Shown: positions 17,945 through 28,258, counted from the stretch's first letter. The stretch is 64,000 nucleotides of DNA from Pirellula sp. (GCA_013822735.1 PNKZ01000022.1:39625-103624); one strand, 5' to 3'. Numbers and translations: made by a program. Notes: generated from the letters alone by a model not told the origin.

Positions 17945-19027
17945 TCAATCGCCGAAGCAAATGCCGATGGCTCGCGCCGTTTGCACGAGGCCCGCGTCGG
18001 GCGGCACGGTGCGAATGCCTTTGCCGACTTCTTCCAGAGAGACGCTGGAAATTTTAGCGCCGGTGTAACTAACCATTCGGCCCAGTTGCCCTTGGGCGAT
18101 CAGTTCCACGGCCGCGGTGCCGAACATGGTGCAGAGCGCGCGATCGATGCAGGTCGGCGAGCCGCCGCGTTGCAAATGGCCCAACACCACACAACGGGCT
18201 TCCTTGCCGGTGCGCGTTTGCAGTTCCGCGGCGACCATATTGCCGACGCCGCCGAGCCGTGCTTCGCGGTTGGATTCTTGGCCCGTGGAGGTGACGAACT
18301 CACCCCCCGCGACGCGCGCCCCTTCCGCGACGACGACGATCGTGAAATGCCGGCCGTGGGATTCACGCTCCGCAATCTTTTGGCAGACGCTTTCGTAGGT
18401 GAACGGGATCTCGGGAATGAGAATCACGTCGGCCCCGCCGGAAAGTCCGCACGAGGCGGCGATCCAACCGGCGTAGCGCCCCATGACTTCGAGCACCATT
18501 ACGCGGCTGTGGCTTTCCGCCGTGCTGTGCAAGCGATCGAGCGCGTCGGTCGCGCACGCCACGGCCGAGTCGAAGCCGAACGTCGTATCGGTGCCGATCA
18601 CGTCATTGTCGATCGTCTTCGGCACGCCGACGATGGGAATGCCGTGGTTGTAGAGTTGCTGGGCGATGGCGAGCGTGCCGTCGCCGCCGATGCTTACCAG
18701 GCCGACGATTCCCAAGTCGCGACACGACGCCGCCGTGGCGTCGAGCAATTCCTTCGGCAGGGCCCGCAATTCGCCGTGGCCGGTCTTGGCGCAAAACTGG
18801 CCGCGATTGGCGGTGCCGAGCACCGTGCCGCCGCGCGTGAGCAGGCCGTCGAGGTCGTGGATGCTGAGCACCTTCAGACGGCGCGGCTCGAGCAAACCTT
18901 CGAAGCCGCCGTAAACGCCGATGGCGTCCCAGCCGCGCCGGTTGGCCGCTTTGGTCACGGCGCGAATCACGGCGTTGAGCCCCGGGCAATCACCGCCGCC
19001 CGTTACGATTCCGATACTCTGCGCCAT
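17945..19027 (-). CDS. pfkA: 6-phosphofructokinase
   Basis: The internal ATG at 19027 (MAQSIGIVTGGGDCPGLNAVIRAV) is preferred. Motifs SIGGDGTL and GVPKTIDND are present. ATP versus PPi specificity cannot be decided from the motifs alone. Confidence 0.9.
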   Translation of the reverse strand: MAQSIGIVTGGGDCPGLNAVIRAVTKAANRRGWDAIGVYGGFEGLLEPRRLKVLSIHDLDGLLTRGGTVLGTANRGQFCAKTGHGELRALPKELLDATAASCRDLGIVGLVSIGGDGTLAIAQQLYNHGIPIVGVPKTIDNDVIGTDTTFGFDSAVACATDALDRLHSTAESHSRVMVLEVMGRYAGWIAASCGLSGGADVILIPEIPFTYESVCQKIAERESHGRHFTIVVVAEGARVAGGEFVTSTGQESNREARLGGVGNMVAAELQTRTGKEARCVVLGHLQRGGSPTCIDRALCTMFGTAAVELIAQGQLGRMVSYTGAKISSVSLEEVGKGIRTVPPDAGLVQTARAIGICFGD

Positions 19028-19125
19028 GACCCGTGATCCTTTGCCCCAGTTGTTTACTACGTGATCCGGCTCAGGATACTCGCTTGGCCGACGAGAAACG
19101 CCTGTCGCCAAGTTCCTTTTGGAAT

Positions 19126-20547
<1,422 letters not shown>

Positions 20548-20687
20548 GGCGGTGGAGTTCTGCAGGTTGGAGGATGGCGCTCGATTGAGACGGCGCGGAA
20601 GTCAGACGTGCCCTAGCCGCTGATTATACGAAGATTGGGCGCGCGAACGAGGGGCTGAAGCGGCGTGACAATTGCGTTGGGTTACCG

Positions 20688-20723
20688 CTCACCCCCGGCC
20701 CCTCTCCCGCAAGGGGCGAGGGG
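20688..20723. repeat. interspersed palindromic repeat, inverted copy of the CCCCTC..GGGTGAGGGG family
   Basis: ctcacccccggcccctctcccgcaaggggcgagggg. By eye it is identical over 36 nt to the reverse complement of 47719..47754. Confidence 0.7.
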
Positions 20724-20778
20724 AGAACACGCGCGCCGAACGCGGTTCGCTAACGCCTAGCGCCTGCCACCTGTTCTC

Positions 20779-21495
20779 CTACCACGCTCGGGTACGCAGC
20801 AGCGCTTGGTGCTGGCGAAACGCTTCCGCCGCCGCGCTGCCGGCTTGCGAACCGCGGGCGGCCGCTTGGCGGACGAGCAAGTGTTCAAGCGGAGTGTAGT
20901 CGCGATCGCCCGAGCGTTGCAATTGGCTCCGATGGCAATCGAGCATCCGGCGCTTGAGGTCGACATACTCGGACACGTCGACGTAGAACGTCGGCTCGAA
21001 GCCGAGCATCTCCAGTGCATCGCAGAACCACAGGGCCGGCGGCGTCTCCAACGGCGGCGACGGCGTACGATGTCCGCGCGACGAGCAAAACCACGAGGCG
21101 GATTCCGCGAGGGCCGAAGCGGCGCGATGGTCGGCATGATAGTCGTTCGCGGCATGCGCGATGACGAGCGTCGGCCGGAAGCGACGAAAGATTTCAACCA
21201 GCCGCATGCGCGAAGCGTAATCGTCGGTGAGTTCGCCGTCGGCGAAGTCGCCGTACATGGTTTGAGCGCCGAGCAGTTCCGCGGCCTCCGTGGTTTCCTG
21301 CCGCCGCTGCCGCGCGAGCTCCGCGACCGGCGTTACCGGCTGCCCCTTGTCGCCGCGGCACAATACGCACAGGCCGATCGTCGCGCCATCCGCGCGGGCT
21401 CGCGCTAGCGTGCCGGCGCACAAGAGTTCGGCGTCGTCCGGATGCGCCATCACGGCCAAGACCCGTTCATCGGCAAACGATAACTGCACCGCCAT
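20779..21495 (-). CDS. PIG-L/LmbE family N-acetylglucosaminyl deacetylase
   Basis: 238 aa with the family motif AHPDDAEL near the N-terminus and downstream His/Asp-rich motifs (AHAANDYHADH). ATG verified. Confidence 0.8.
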   Translation of the reverse strand: MAVQLSFADERVLAVMAHPDDAELLCAGTLARARADGATIGLCVLCRGDKGQPVTPVAELARQRRQETTEAAELLGAQTMYGDFADGELTDDYASRMRLVEIFRRFRPTLVIAHAANDYHADHRAASALAESASWFCSSRGHRTPSPPLETPPALWFCDALEMLGFEPTFYVDVSEYVDLKRRMLDCHRSQLQRSGDRDYTPLEHLLVRQAAARGSQAGSAAAEAFRQHQALLRTRAW

Positions 21496-21546
21496 GCGTC
21501 GCTCCTCGGATGTCTTCTCAACTTAAGATTTTCAAACTACCGGCGC

Positions 21547-22599
21547 TCATTCGCTACGTTCAGTTCGCAATCCGTCGAGCGCCACAATCGCCGCGCGGTC
21601 GACCGATTCTTGCGCCGCGTTGCAGATGCCGACCGACCAACGGCCGTCGAGCGCCGTCGCCCGGGGCGTGCCGCCGCGGCGAACCACGTCGACCATCATC
21701 GCCATTTCGTCTTCGAGTTCAAATACTTCGCCGCTTTGTCGGTCGATTTTAACGTCGTGCACCGTCTCGCCGTCGAAATGCTTCAGGGAATGCGTCGGAT
21801 GGAGCGTCCGGTCGAGCGCTCCGCTCCAACTTGCCCAAACGGCACCCTTGGTGCCGGTCACCTTCACGGTCTGGTGATGCTCAAACGCCGCCAAAGTCTG
21901 CGTGACGACGGCATACGCCCCCTGCGGAAAATGCAGAATCGCCGAGAAATTGTCCTGCAATTCGGGGTGATCGGCCTGCCTTGAGTTCGCCCGAGCATAC
22001 ACGTGCGTCGGCTCCCCGACGGCCGCCAAGTACCACCGGGCCAGGTCAAAGAAATGGATCGGCTCTTCCAGGATCCAGTTCCCCACACGCTTAATATCGT
22101 ACCGCCAGCCGCCGGTTCCGAGCCGATACGGCTTCCGCGACAGCTCGACCAGTGCGTAGAGCGGCGTGCCGATGCCGCCGGCGTCGATGATCTCTTTGAC
22201 CTTTCCCCACAGGCTCGACATCCGTAGCTCGTGACCGATGGCAATCGTCTTGCCGCTCGCAGCCGCGGCTGCGCGGAGTTGGTCGCATTCGGCGACGGTC
22301 ACCGCCATCGGCTTCTCGAGCAACAAATGCTTGCCGCTCGCGAGCACGGCGCAGCCGATCTCACAATGCAGATGGCTCGGCACCACGACGTCGACGACGT
22401 CGAGGTCGTCGCGTGCGAGCAGCTCACGATAATCGGCGACTACGGTCGCGGCCGGAAACGCCTCGCGTGCCGCGGCCTGCGACTCCGGCGAACGTACGGC
22501 AACGGCGCAGAGCTCCGCGTCGGCCGTCTTCATGATGGCCCCGGCATGAAAACTTCCCCACGCCCCATAACCGATGAGACCGAATCGAACCTTACTCAC
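21547..22599 (-). CDS. Gfo/Idh/MocA family oxidoreductase
   Basis: Rossmann start VSKVRFGLIGYGAWG (GTG at 22599) and the EKP motif (LLLEKPMAV). The longer ORF to 22722 adds repeat-derived sequence. Confidence 0.8.
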   Translation of the reverse strand: MSKVRFGLIGYGAWGSFHAGAIMKTADAELCAVAVRSPESQAAAREAFPAATVVADYRELLARDDLDVVDVVVPSHLHCEIGCAVLASGKHLLLEKPMAVTVAECDQLRAAAAASGKTIAIGHELRMSSLWGKVKEIIDAGGIGTPLYALVELSRKPYRLGTGGWRYDIKRVGNWILEEPIHFFDLARWYLAAVGEPTHVYARANSRQADHPELQDNFSAILHFPQGAYAVVTQTLAAFEHHQTVKVTGTKGAVWASWSGALDRTLHPTHSLKHFDGETVHDVKIDRQSGEVFELEDEMAMMVDVVRRGGTPRATALDGRWSVGICNAAQESVDRAAIVALDGLRTERSE

Positions 22600-22640
22600 G
22601 CGACGGACTCCGGCATTTCGTTGGATAAGTCGATTATCAG

Positions 22641-22783
22641 CAAGGGAGATATGGAGATAGGAGGGGATGAGGGAGATAAGGAATAAAAATGAGGCTGGAG
22701 ATCGGAACAATGCGCGTTCCAATCACATTCCCATCTCCTTTAGTTCATCCCCCCGATCTCCTCCTATCTCCATATCTCCCTTG
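22641..22783. repeat. 24-bp perfect inverted repeat CAAGGGAGATATGGAGATAGGAGG
   Basis: Left arm 22641..22664 and right arm 22760..22783 (cctcctatctccatatctcccttg). It lies between the stop of the sialidase-like gene and the start of the oxidoreductase gene. Confidence 0.7.
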
Positions 22784-22802
22784 CTGCTTCTTCTGCTTGG
22801 AG

Positions 22803-25295
22803 TTAATGGGAAACCTTGAGCATCCAGACTTCTCGCGATCGTACCGCCGGGCGGATTTCGCCGCTCGCTACTACCCAACCGCCGTGCCATTTCACGACCG
22901 GTGTGGCTACGGGCACAAACGGCGATGTGCCGATGCGCATCCAGCGATCTTCGGCCGTGTCGTAGCTGTAGACGTTCTTCGGGAAGCCGGGGTGATCTTG
23001 CGGCGGCTTGTGGCCGAGGCGTGAGCCGTCGTCGCCACCGAAGACGATGATTTGCTTTCCTGCGACGACGGCCGGCACCGGCGCGGCGACGATACCGGTC
23101 GGGGCCGTGGCAATCTTGGTCCACCCCTGGCCCGGCGTGTAGCGGAACGAATCGTTCTGATAGGCCCGCATCGGCTTGCCGTCGGGTCCCGGATGAAGAT
23201 CGCAGCCGCCGGAAAGATAGAAATTGCCGTCGACCGCGGCGGTCACGGCCAGCATCCGCCCGTTGCCCGGCCAGGGCTCCAACACTTGCCACCCGGCGTC
23301 GAGGTTCTTCAAGTCCAGCGACCAGAAGGTGCGCATCGTTCGAACGGCGTCGGGCTTGGCGATGCCGCCGGCCACGTACACCGTGCTGCCGATCTGCGCT
23401 CCAGAAAGATACGCACACGGTTCCGGCAACGGCGGCAGATCGCGCGTCTTGAGTTCGTCGCCGTCGAGCGTCAGGTAGAAGACGTCGGTGAGATGCTTCG
23501 TCGCATCCGCGCCGCCGATGCAGAGCAATCCTTCGTCGGTCGAGATCGAAACGCCGTACCCGACGGCCCGGGTCTCGGGCAATTTGCCGATCTTGCGCCA
23601 GGTACTCTCCGGCGCATCGAGCACAAAAGCATCGTGGTACCAGCCCTTGATGCCGCCGTCCCAGACCGGCTTGTCGGGAAAGTTCGTACCGCCGACGAGC
23701 ACGAGTTTGTTTTGGATCGTGCCGACGAATTGCCCGGCGAACCCACGCGGGTCGTTGAGGTCGGGAAGACGTTGCCAACTAGTAGTGATATGGCCTCCTT
23801 CGTTCTTCACGAGACTAATTTGATTGAACTTCACTAGGACCGAATCGTAGTCGGATGCCTTTCGTGATGCCGGACGAGCCGCGATGTCTCGCTGCATTGC
23901 CAAAAACTCTTCCAAGATCTGAATCTGTTCGATCTTATCGCGATCTGTCTTCGCGAGCGGGTCGGCCTTAAGCTTATTGATCGCCGCGACAAGTTCCCTT
24001 TCACTCTCTTGTCTCATGCGACGTGCGTGCTCTTCGAGAAGGGCAACACGTCGGGTCTGATCTTCCTCACTCATGATTTGGTTCATCGACGACGCCGACA
24101 GCTTCATCTGCGCGGCAAGTTCGAATTCCGATTGCTGCTCGGGGCTCAGCCGCACGCTCACAATGTACGGCATTTCGCCCGCCGTCCAATGGCCGTAGGT
24201 CGTCGTGACGATCGTGCCGTCGGGCAGGACTTCGACCGGCGGATAGGCGCAGTCGGCCCCCTTCGTGTTGTCCATCAAGCGCAGGCGATAGAAACCTTCG
24301 CCGCCGGAAACCAAGTCGTCGTACGTGCCGACCCAGGCGACCCAATCGCCGGGGGTCGGGCTTCCTTTGAGCTGGTCGCGGAACGTGATGAAGAGCTTGC
24401 CGTCTTTCAAATACGCGCAGGTATGACGATCGCCGGTGAGCGAGGCCGGCACTTCGCGCGGCTCAGACCACGTTGCACCTTCGTCATTGGAAAAGATGAT
24501 GAATGAGCGCAGCTTCCGGGCATTCTCGCGCAGGAGCACGGCGAGTTGCTTGCCGTCGGGAGAGCGGACCATGCCGGGCTCGCAAAGGTGGGCAACGTCG
24601 TGCGTTGCGATCGCCGTCGGCTTCCCCCAAGTGAGGCCGCCGTCGGAGGAAATGATCTTGTAAACAATGAAGTTCGGCTTGGTTCCCTTCACCGGCTTGG
24701 TCGCCGTGAGGTACCGACCGTCGTCGTGGAAGAGGGCCATGTAATCGCCGTTCCGCAGGCGAATGCAACTCGCGCAGGCCACGATGCCGCCGTAATCGCC
24801 GATCGGCGCCAGCTCGCTCCAGGTCGCGCCGTCGTCTTCGCTCACGGCTTGGCGAATCGGGTAGAGGCCCGAGAACATGATGAGCCGCTTCTTGCCGGCT
24901 TTGTCGACGGTGCGGTACATCGTCGGCACTTCCGTGCTCGTGGCCCAACTCGACGGCGTCGGCAACCGGTCGCTCCAGGTAAGCCCGCCGTCGGTGCTCC
25001 GTTTCATTACGATGCCGCCCCGGCCGTGCCCCTTCGGGTAGACGATGAGCATCGTCTTGCCGTCTTCCAGCAACACCGTGGTCGGATGGCCGAGATACTG
25101 GCCGGCCTCGCGATCGACCGTGACCTGCAATTCCTTTCGTCCTGAGAGATCGAACTGCGGAATGGAGAACGGCGCCGCCGCGCCGGCCTTCGCCCCTTCA
25201 GGCGGGGCGACGATCGCCTTTTGCTGCGCTTCTACCGAGGCCGGAAAAAACGCCGCCGTCAAAACGAAAGCCGACCAAAAGCGGTGGTGCCGCAT
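22803..25295 (-). CDS. secreted BNR/sialidase-like beta-propeller fused through a coiled-coil linker to a NanM-like (cyclically permuted mutarotase-type) Kelch domain
   Basis: 830 aa with a signal peptide. Four Asp-box/BNR motifs (STDGGLTWS, SEDDGATWS, SSDGGLTWG, SNDEGATWS). A charged helical linker spans about aa 390-480. The C-terminal part has GGTNFPDKPVWDGG, GYGVSISTDEGLLCIGGAD and SGEIRPAVRSREVWML, which resemble NanM/YjhT motifs in permuted order. Confidence 0.8.
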   Translation of the reverse strand: MRHHRFWSAFVLTAAFFPASVEAQQKAIVAPPEGAKAGAAAPFSIPQFDLSGRKELQVTVDREAGQYLGHPTTVLLEDGKTMLIVYPKGHGRGGIVMKRSTDGGLTWSDRLPTPSSWATSTEVPTMYRTVDKAGKKRLIMFSGLYPIRQAVSEDDGATWSELAPIGDYGGIVACASCIRLRNGDYMALFHDDGRYLTATKPVKGTKPNFIVYKIISSDGGLTWGKPTAIATHDVAHLCEPGMVRSPDGKQLAVLLRENARKLRSFIIFSNDEGATWSEPREVPASLTGDRHTCAYLKDGKLFITFRDQLKGSPTPGDWVAWVGTYDDLVSGGEGFYRLRLMDNTKGADCAYPPVEVLPDGTIVTTTYGHWTAGEMPYIVSVRLSPEQQSEFELAAQMKLSASSMNQIMSEEDQTRRVALLEEHARRMRQESERELVAAINKLKADPLAKTDRDKIEQIQILEEFLAMQRDIAARPASRKASDYDSVLVKFNQISLVKNEGGHITTSWQRLPDLNDPRGFAGQFVGTIQNKLVLVGGTNFPDKPVWDGGIKGWYHDAFVLDAPESTWRKIGKLPETRAVGYGVSISTDEGLLCIGGADATKHLTDVFYLTLDGDELKTRDLPPLPEPCAYLSGAQIGSTVYVAGGIAKPDAVRTMRTFWSLDLKNLDAGWQVLEPWPGNGRMLAVTAAVDGNFYLSGGCDLHPGPDGKPMRAYQNDSFRYTPGQGWTKIATAPTGIVAAPVPAVVAGKQIIVFGGDDGSRLGHKPPQDHPGFPKNVYSYDTAEDRWMRIGTSPFVPVATPVVKWHGGWVVASGEIRPAVRSREVWMLKVSH

Positions 25296-25358
25296 GATTA
25301 CGTCCTCGGGTATGATTCTTCACACTAGCCCCGACGCGCAAGCGAGGGGACCGGCGGG

Positions 25359-25390
25359 AAATGCTGAATGTAGAGTGCTGAATGCTGAAC
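25359..25390. repeat. tandem CATTCAGCA-type element upstream of the sialidase-like gene
   Basis: The plus strand reads aaatgctgaatgtagagtgctgaatgctgaac. A second copy at 28259..28290 differs at 2 positions by eye. Confidence 0.65.
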
Positions 25391-25416
25391 AATGGGGGAG
25401 TTCCGTCGTTCATCAT

Positions 25417-25441
25417 TCATAACTCTGAACTCATAACTTCC
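25417..25441. repeat. TCATAACTC-type element, single arm
   Basis: tcataactctgaactcataacttcc is 24/25 identical to 50100..50124. It lies 47 nt upstream of the tauE-like ATG. Confidence 0.65.
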
Positions 25442-25487
25442 GCCTAATCTCCGTTGCGGCGCGGCCGAACGCAAGAGTTTGCTTGAA

Positions 25488-26276
25488 ATGACGACGACCG
25501 AACTAATTATTCTCTGTCTCACCGCGGCACTCGGCGGAGGCATCAATGCCGTCGCCGGGGGCGGCACGCTGCTGACGTTTCCGGCGCTGATCGGCATTCT
25601 GTCGAAGCATTATCCGGACGATGCCGTCGCCAAGGTCTTCGCCAACGGCACGAGCACCGTTGCGCTATTTCCCGCGTCCGTCACGGCGCTCTGGGGCTTG
25701 CGACGCGAGTTCCGCGTCTATTCGCATTGGGCTTCGAAACTCGTCGGTCCGAGCATCGTCGGAGGCGCGGCGGGCACGCTGCTCGTCACACAGCTCGATG
25801 AAAAGATTTTCGCGGCCCTCGTTCCTTGGCTCATCCTCACGGCGGCGTCGCTCTTTGCGTTGCAGCCGATCATCGCCAAGTTTCTCGGCATCGGCAAAGC
25901 CCATGAAGAGCCGCAAGGGACGACCGTCGTCGGCGTAATCGTCTTTCAGTTTTTGGTCGGCATCTACGGCGGCTACTTCGGCGCAGGGATCGGCATCCTC
26001 ATGCTCTCGGCGCTCGCCATGATGGGGATGAACGACATCCACGCCATGAACGGCCTCAAGAGCTTGCTCGGCAGTTGCATCAACGGCACGTCGGTCGCCA
26101 TCTTCGCCGCGACGGGAAAAGTGGAATGGCGGCTCGCGCTGCCGATGGCCGTGAGCGGCTGCGTCGGCAGCTTTCTCGCGGCCCACTATTCGCGACGCCT
26201 GCCCCGAGCGCTGGTGCGGTGGTTTGTGATCTGCGTCGGGTTTACGTTGGCGACGTACTACTTCCTACGCGGCTGA
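25488..26276 (+). CDS. TauE/SafE family sulfite/anion exporter
   Basis: Polytopic membrane protein with the family motif GGGINAVAGGGTLLTFPAL and a repeated half. The ORF-track start 25479 is TTG; ATG 25488 (MTTTELI..) is preferred. Confidence 0.85.
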   Translation: MTTTELIILCLTAALGGGINAVAGGGTLLTFPALIGILSKHYPDDAVAKVFANGTSTVALFPASVTALWGLRREFRVYSHWASKLVGPSIVGGAAGTLLVTQLDEKIFAALVPWLILTAASLFALQPIIAKFLGIGKAHEEPQGTTVVGVIVFQFLVGIYGGYFGAGIGILMLSALAMMGMNDIHAMNGLKSLLGSCINGTSVAIFAATGKVEWRLALPMAVSGCVGSFLAAHYSRRLPRALVRWFVICVGFTLATYYFLRG

Positions 26277-26292
26277 AGCCGCGTAGGAATGA

Positions 26293-26397
26293 CCAATGAT
26301 CAAGCACCAAATTCCAAGCGAAGTTGATCGACGCCGCTGAGCGATTCGGTCATTGTTCTCTTCGATCATTGTTTGGAATTTGGTGCTTGGTCATTGG
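26293..26397. repeat. 25-bp inverted repeat between convergent genes
   Basis: Left arm 26293..26317 ccaatgatcaagcaccaaattccaa and right arm 26373..26397 ttggaatttggtgcttggtcattgg. 24/25 are complementary, with a 55-nt spacer. Confidence 0.65.
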
Positions 26398-26465
26398 AAT
26401 TTAGCAGCCGAACGCATTGGCCCCGGGCGGTTCGCCCGGGGCTAAATACTCTTGGCGTCGAAGCG

Positions 26466-28250
26466 CTATCCTTTTGAGCTCAACGGAATTACTCCGTCCC
26501 AACCGGCGGGCGGGGTGCGGCCGTGTTGGGCGATGAACACCGTGAGGAAATCTTTCACGCGATCACGGGCCGGCACGGCGTGCAGCGATTCCAAGGCTTC
26601 GCTCCATTGGCCAGACGTGAACTGCTCGACGGCTTCCTCGTATTGCCGGATCTGATCGTCGGAGAGTTGGCCCGGCTCGCCCGCGGGCGGCAGGAGCTCG
26701 CTGATTTCCACATGTCCCTCGGTACCGTAGGGTCGCACGCGGGCCACGGTGCGGACGCGAGCCGTGGTGGCGGGAATCCTTTTGCGCACGGCGGCGGCGG
26801 TCGCCTGATCGATCAAGATCGGGGCCTGTACGAGCTTCGTCATTCCTTCCAAGCGCGAGGCGAGATTGACGACCGGCCCGAAGACCGTGACCTTCACTTG
26901 GTCGACGGTGCCGATGCGCCCGGCGACGGCGCGGCCGGAGGCGAGGCCGATCCCCATGCGAAAGTCGGCCAGCGGGTGGCCCGGGGTATGCGATGCGACC
27001 TCGAATTCCTTCCGCACGGCGAGCGCGGCGCGGCAAGCTCGATCGACGGCGTCTTCCTGCACGAGCGGCCAACCCCAGAAGCCCATCGCCGCGTCGCCGT
27101 GGAAGTCGCCGAGCACGCCCCCTTGCTCGAGAATCTGATGCGTCATCACGCCGAGCGCTCGGCTCACGCGTTCCAGTAGGCCGAGCAAGTCGTCGGCATT
27201 GCGCTGCGCGGTGCGCGTGAAACCGCGCAAGTCACAGAACATGACGCAGACGTCGGCCTCGCGCGGCATGAGCACCAGTTCGGGATCGGCCGATTGCATG
27301 GCTCCCAGGACCGCGGGTGCAAAGAAGCCGCTGAGCGCCGCTTGGCGTTTGCGCAGTTGTTCGGTCTGCCGCAGGGCGGCGACGAGCGCGGCGACCAGCT
27401 CCGTGAACTTGACGTCTTCGCGCAAGTCCGTCGGGTCGCTCGGCGTGGCCGTCATGCCGGCGTGGCCGTGATAGCGCCCGGAAACGTAGAGCGCCCAACC
27501 GCGGCACGCCTCGCCCATCAACGGCGTGCAAAAGGCCCAATCGGATTCTTCCGAAAGGGTGAACGAAGCGCCGCCGGGAGTACCGGTGCTCCAAACGTGC
27601 AATACGCTCTGGCCGCGCCGCAAAGTTTCAAGAATGAGTCGCCGACTCGGTTGGAAATCGCCGCCGGTATGCAAGCGACGATCCCAATGCAACACGTTGA
27701 CCTGCTGGGCCGTGTCCGTCGATTGATCGACGGTCGTCAGCGCCACGACATTGGCGCGCGGAATGCCCGATAGCAGGAGATTGACGAGCCGGACGAAGAG
27801 TTCGGCGTCGTTCGTGGCGCCGGAAATGATTTCCGGCATCCGGCTGAGGACTTCGAGCCGTTGGTCGGCGTTGCGATAGCGGACGCGTTGCAGATACTGC
27901 GCGCTAAAGGTTTGCTCTTCGAGCGGGGCGGGACCTTCCCTGCCGACGCGCGCTTTCTCGACGACGAATGTGAACGTGGTTTCGCCGATCACGAAGTGGT
28001 CGCCCGGCTGCACGACGAAGTCGGCCTGCTCGCGGCCGGACACGAAAATGGGATTGCGCGCCGTGTCGAGTCGACGCACTTCGAGACGTTCGCCCGAGAG
28101 CTTGAGCTCGCAATGACGGCGCGAGATCCGTTCGTCCCAAGGCACCGACCATGAGCCGCTATCGCGGCCGAGGACCACGGCTTCGCCCGAATGGAGCGCA
28201 CGGCGCCAGCGTTCTTGCGGTTTGGCGCCTTGGGCGATCAGGTCGGGCAT
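26466..28250 (-). CDS. FHA-domain protein with C-terminal class III adenylate/guanylate cyclase domain
   Basis: 594 aa. N-terminal FHA pattern (VVLGRDSGSWSVPWDERISRRHCEL..NPIFVSG). C-terminal cyclase motifs (VCVMFCDLRGFT, GDAAMGFWGWP, VNLASRLE). Confidence 0.85.
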   Translation of the reverse strand: MPDLIAQGAKPQERWRRALHSGEAVVLGRDSGSWSVPWDERISRRHCELKLSGERLEVRRLDTARNPIFVSGREQADFVVQPGDHFVIGETTFTFVVEKARVGREGPAPLEEQTFSAQYLQRVRYRNADQRLEVLSRMPEIISGATNDAELFVRLVNLLLSGIPRANVVALTTVDQSTDTAQQVNVLHWDRRLHTGGDFQPSRRLILETLRRGQSVLHVWSTGTPGGASFTLSEESDWAFCTPLMGEACRGWALYVSGRYHGHAGMTATPSDPTDLREDVKFTELVAALVAALRQTEQLRKRQAALSGFFAPAVLGAMQSADPELVLMPREADVCVMFCDLRGFTRTAQRNADDLLGLLERVSRALGVMTHQILEQGGVLGDFHGDAAMGFWGWPLVQEDAVDRACRAALAVRKEFEVASHTPGHPLADFRMGIGLASGRAVAGRIGTVDQVKVTVFGPVVNLASRLEGMTKLVQAPILIDQATAAAVRKRIPATTARVRTVARVRPYGTEGHVEISELLPPAGEPGQLSDDQIRQYEEAVEQFTSGQWSEALESLHAVPARDRVKDFLTVFIAQHGRTPPAGWDGVIPLSSKG

Positions 28251-28258
28251 GAGTCGAC

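Noticed and set aside
17945-19027. Calling the phosphofructokinase PPi-dependent because of the PKTIDND lysine.
   Set aside because: The GGDG motif points to ATP, while the Lys points to PPi. Actinobacterial ATP-PFKs show the same mixture. Specificity is left open.
22723-23778. 351-aa Arg-rich ORF on the same strand as the sialidase-fusion gene but in another frame.
   Set aside because: It lies entirely within the 830-aa gene, which carries Asp-box and Kelch motifs. Its own sequence is low-complexity RRR/AGR noise.
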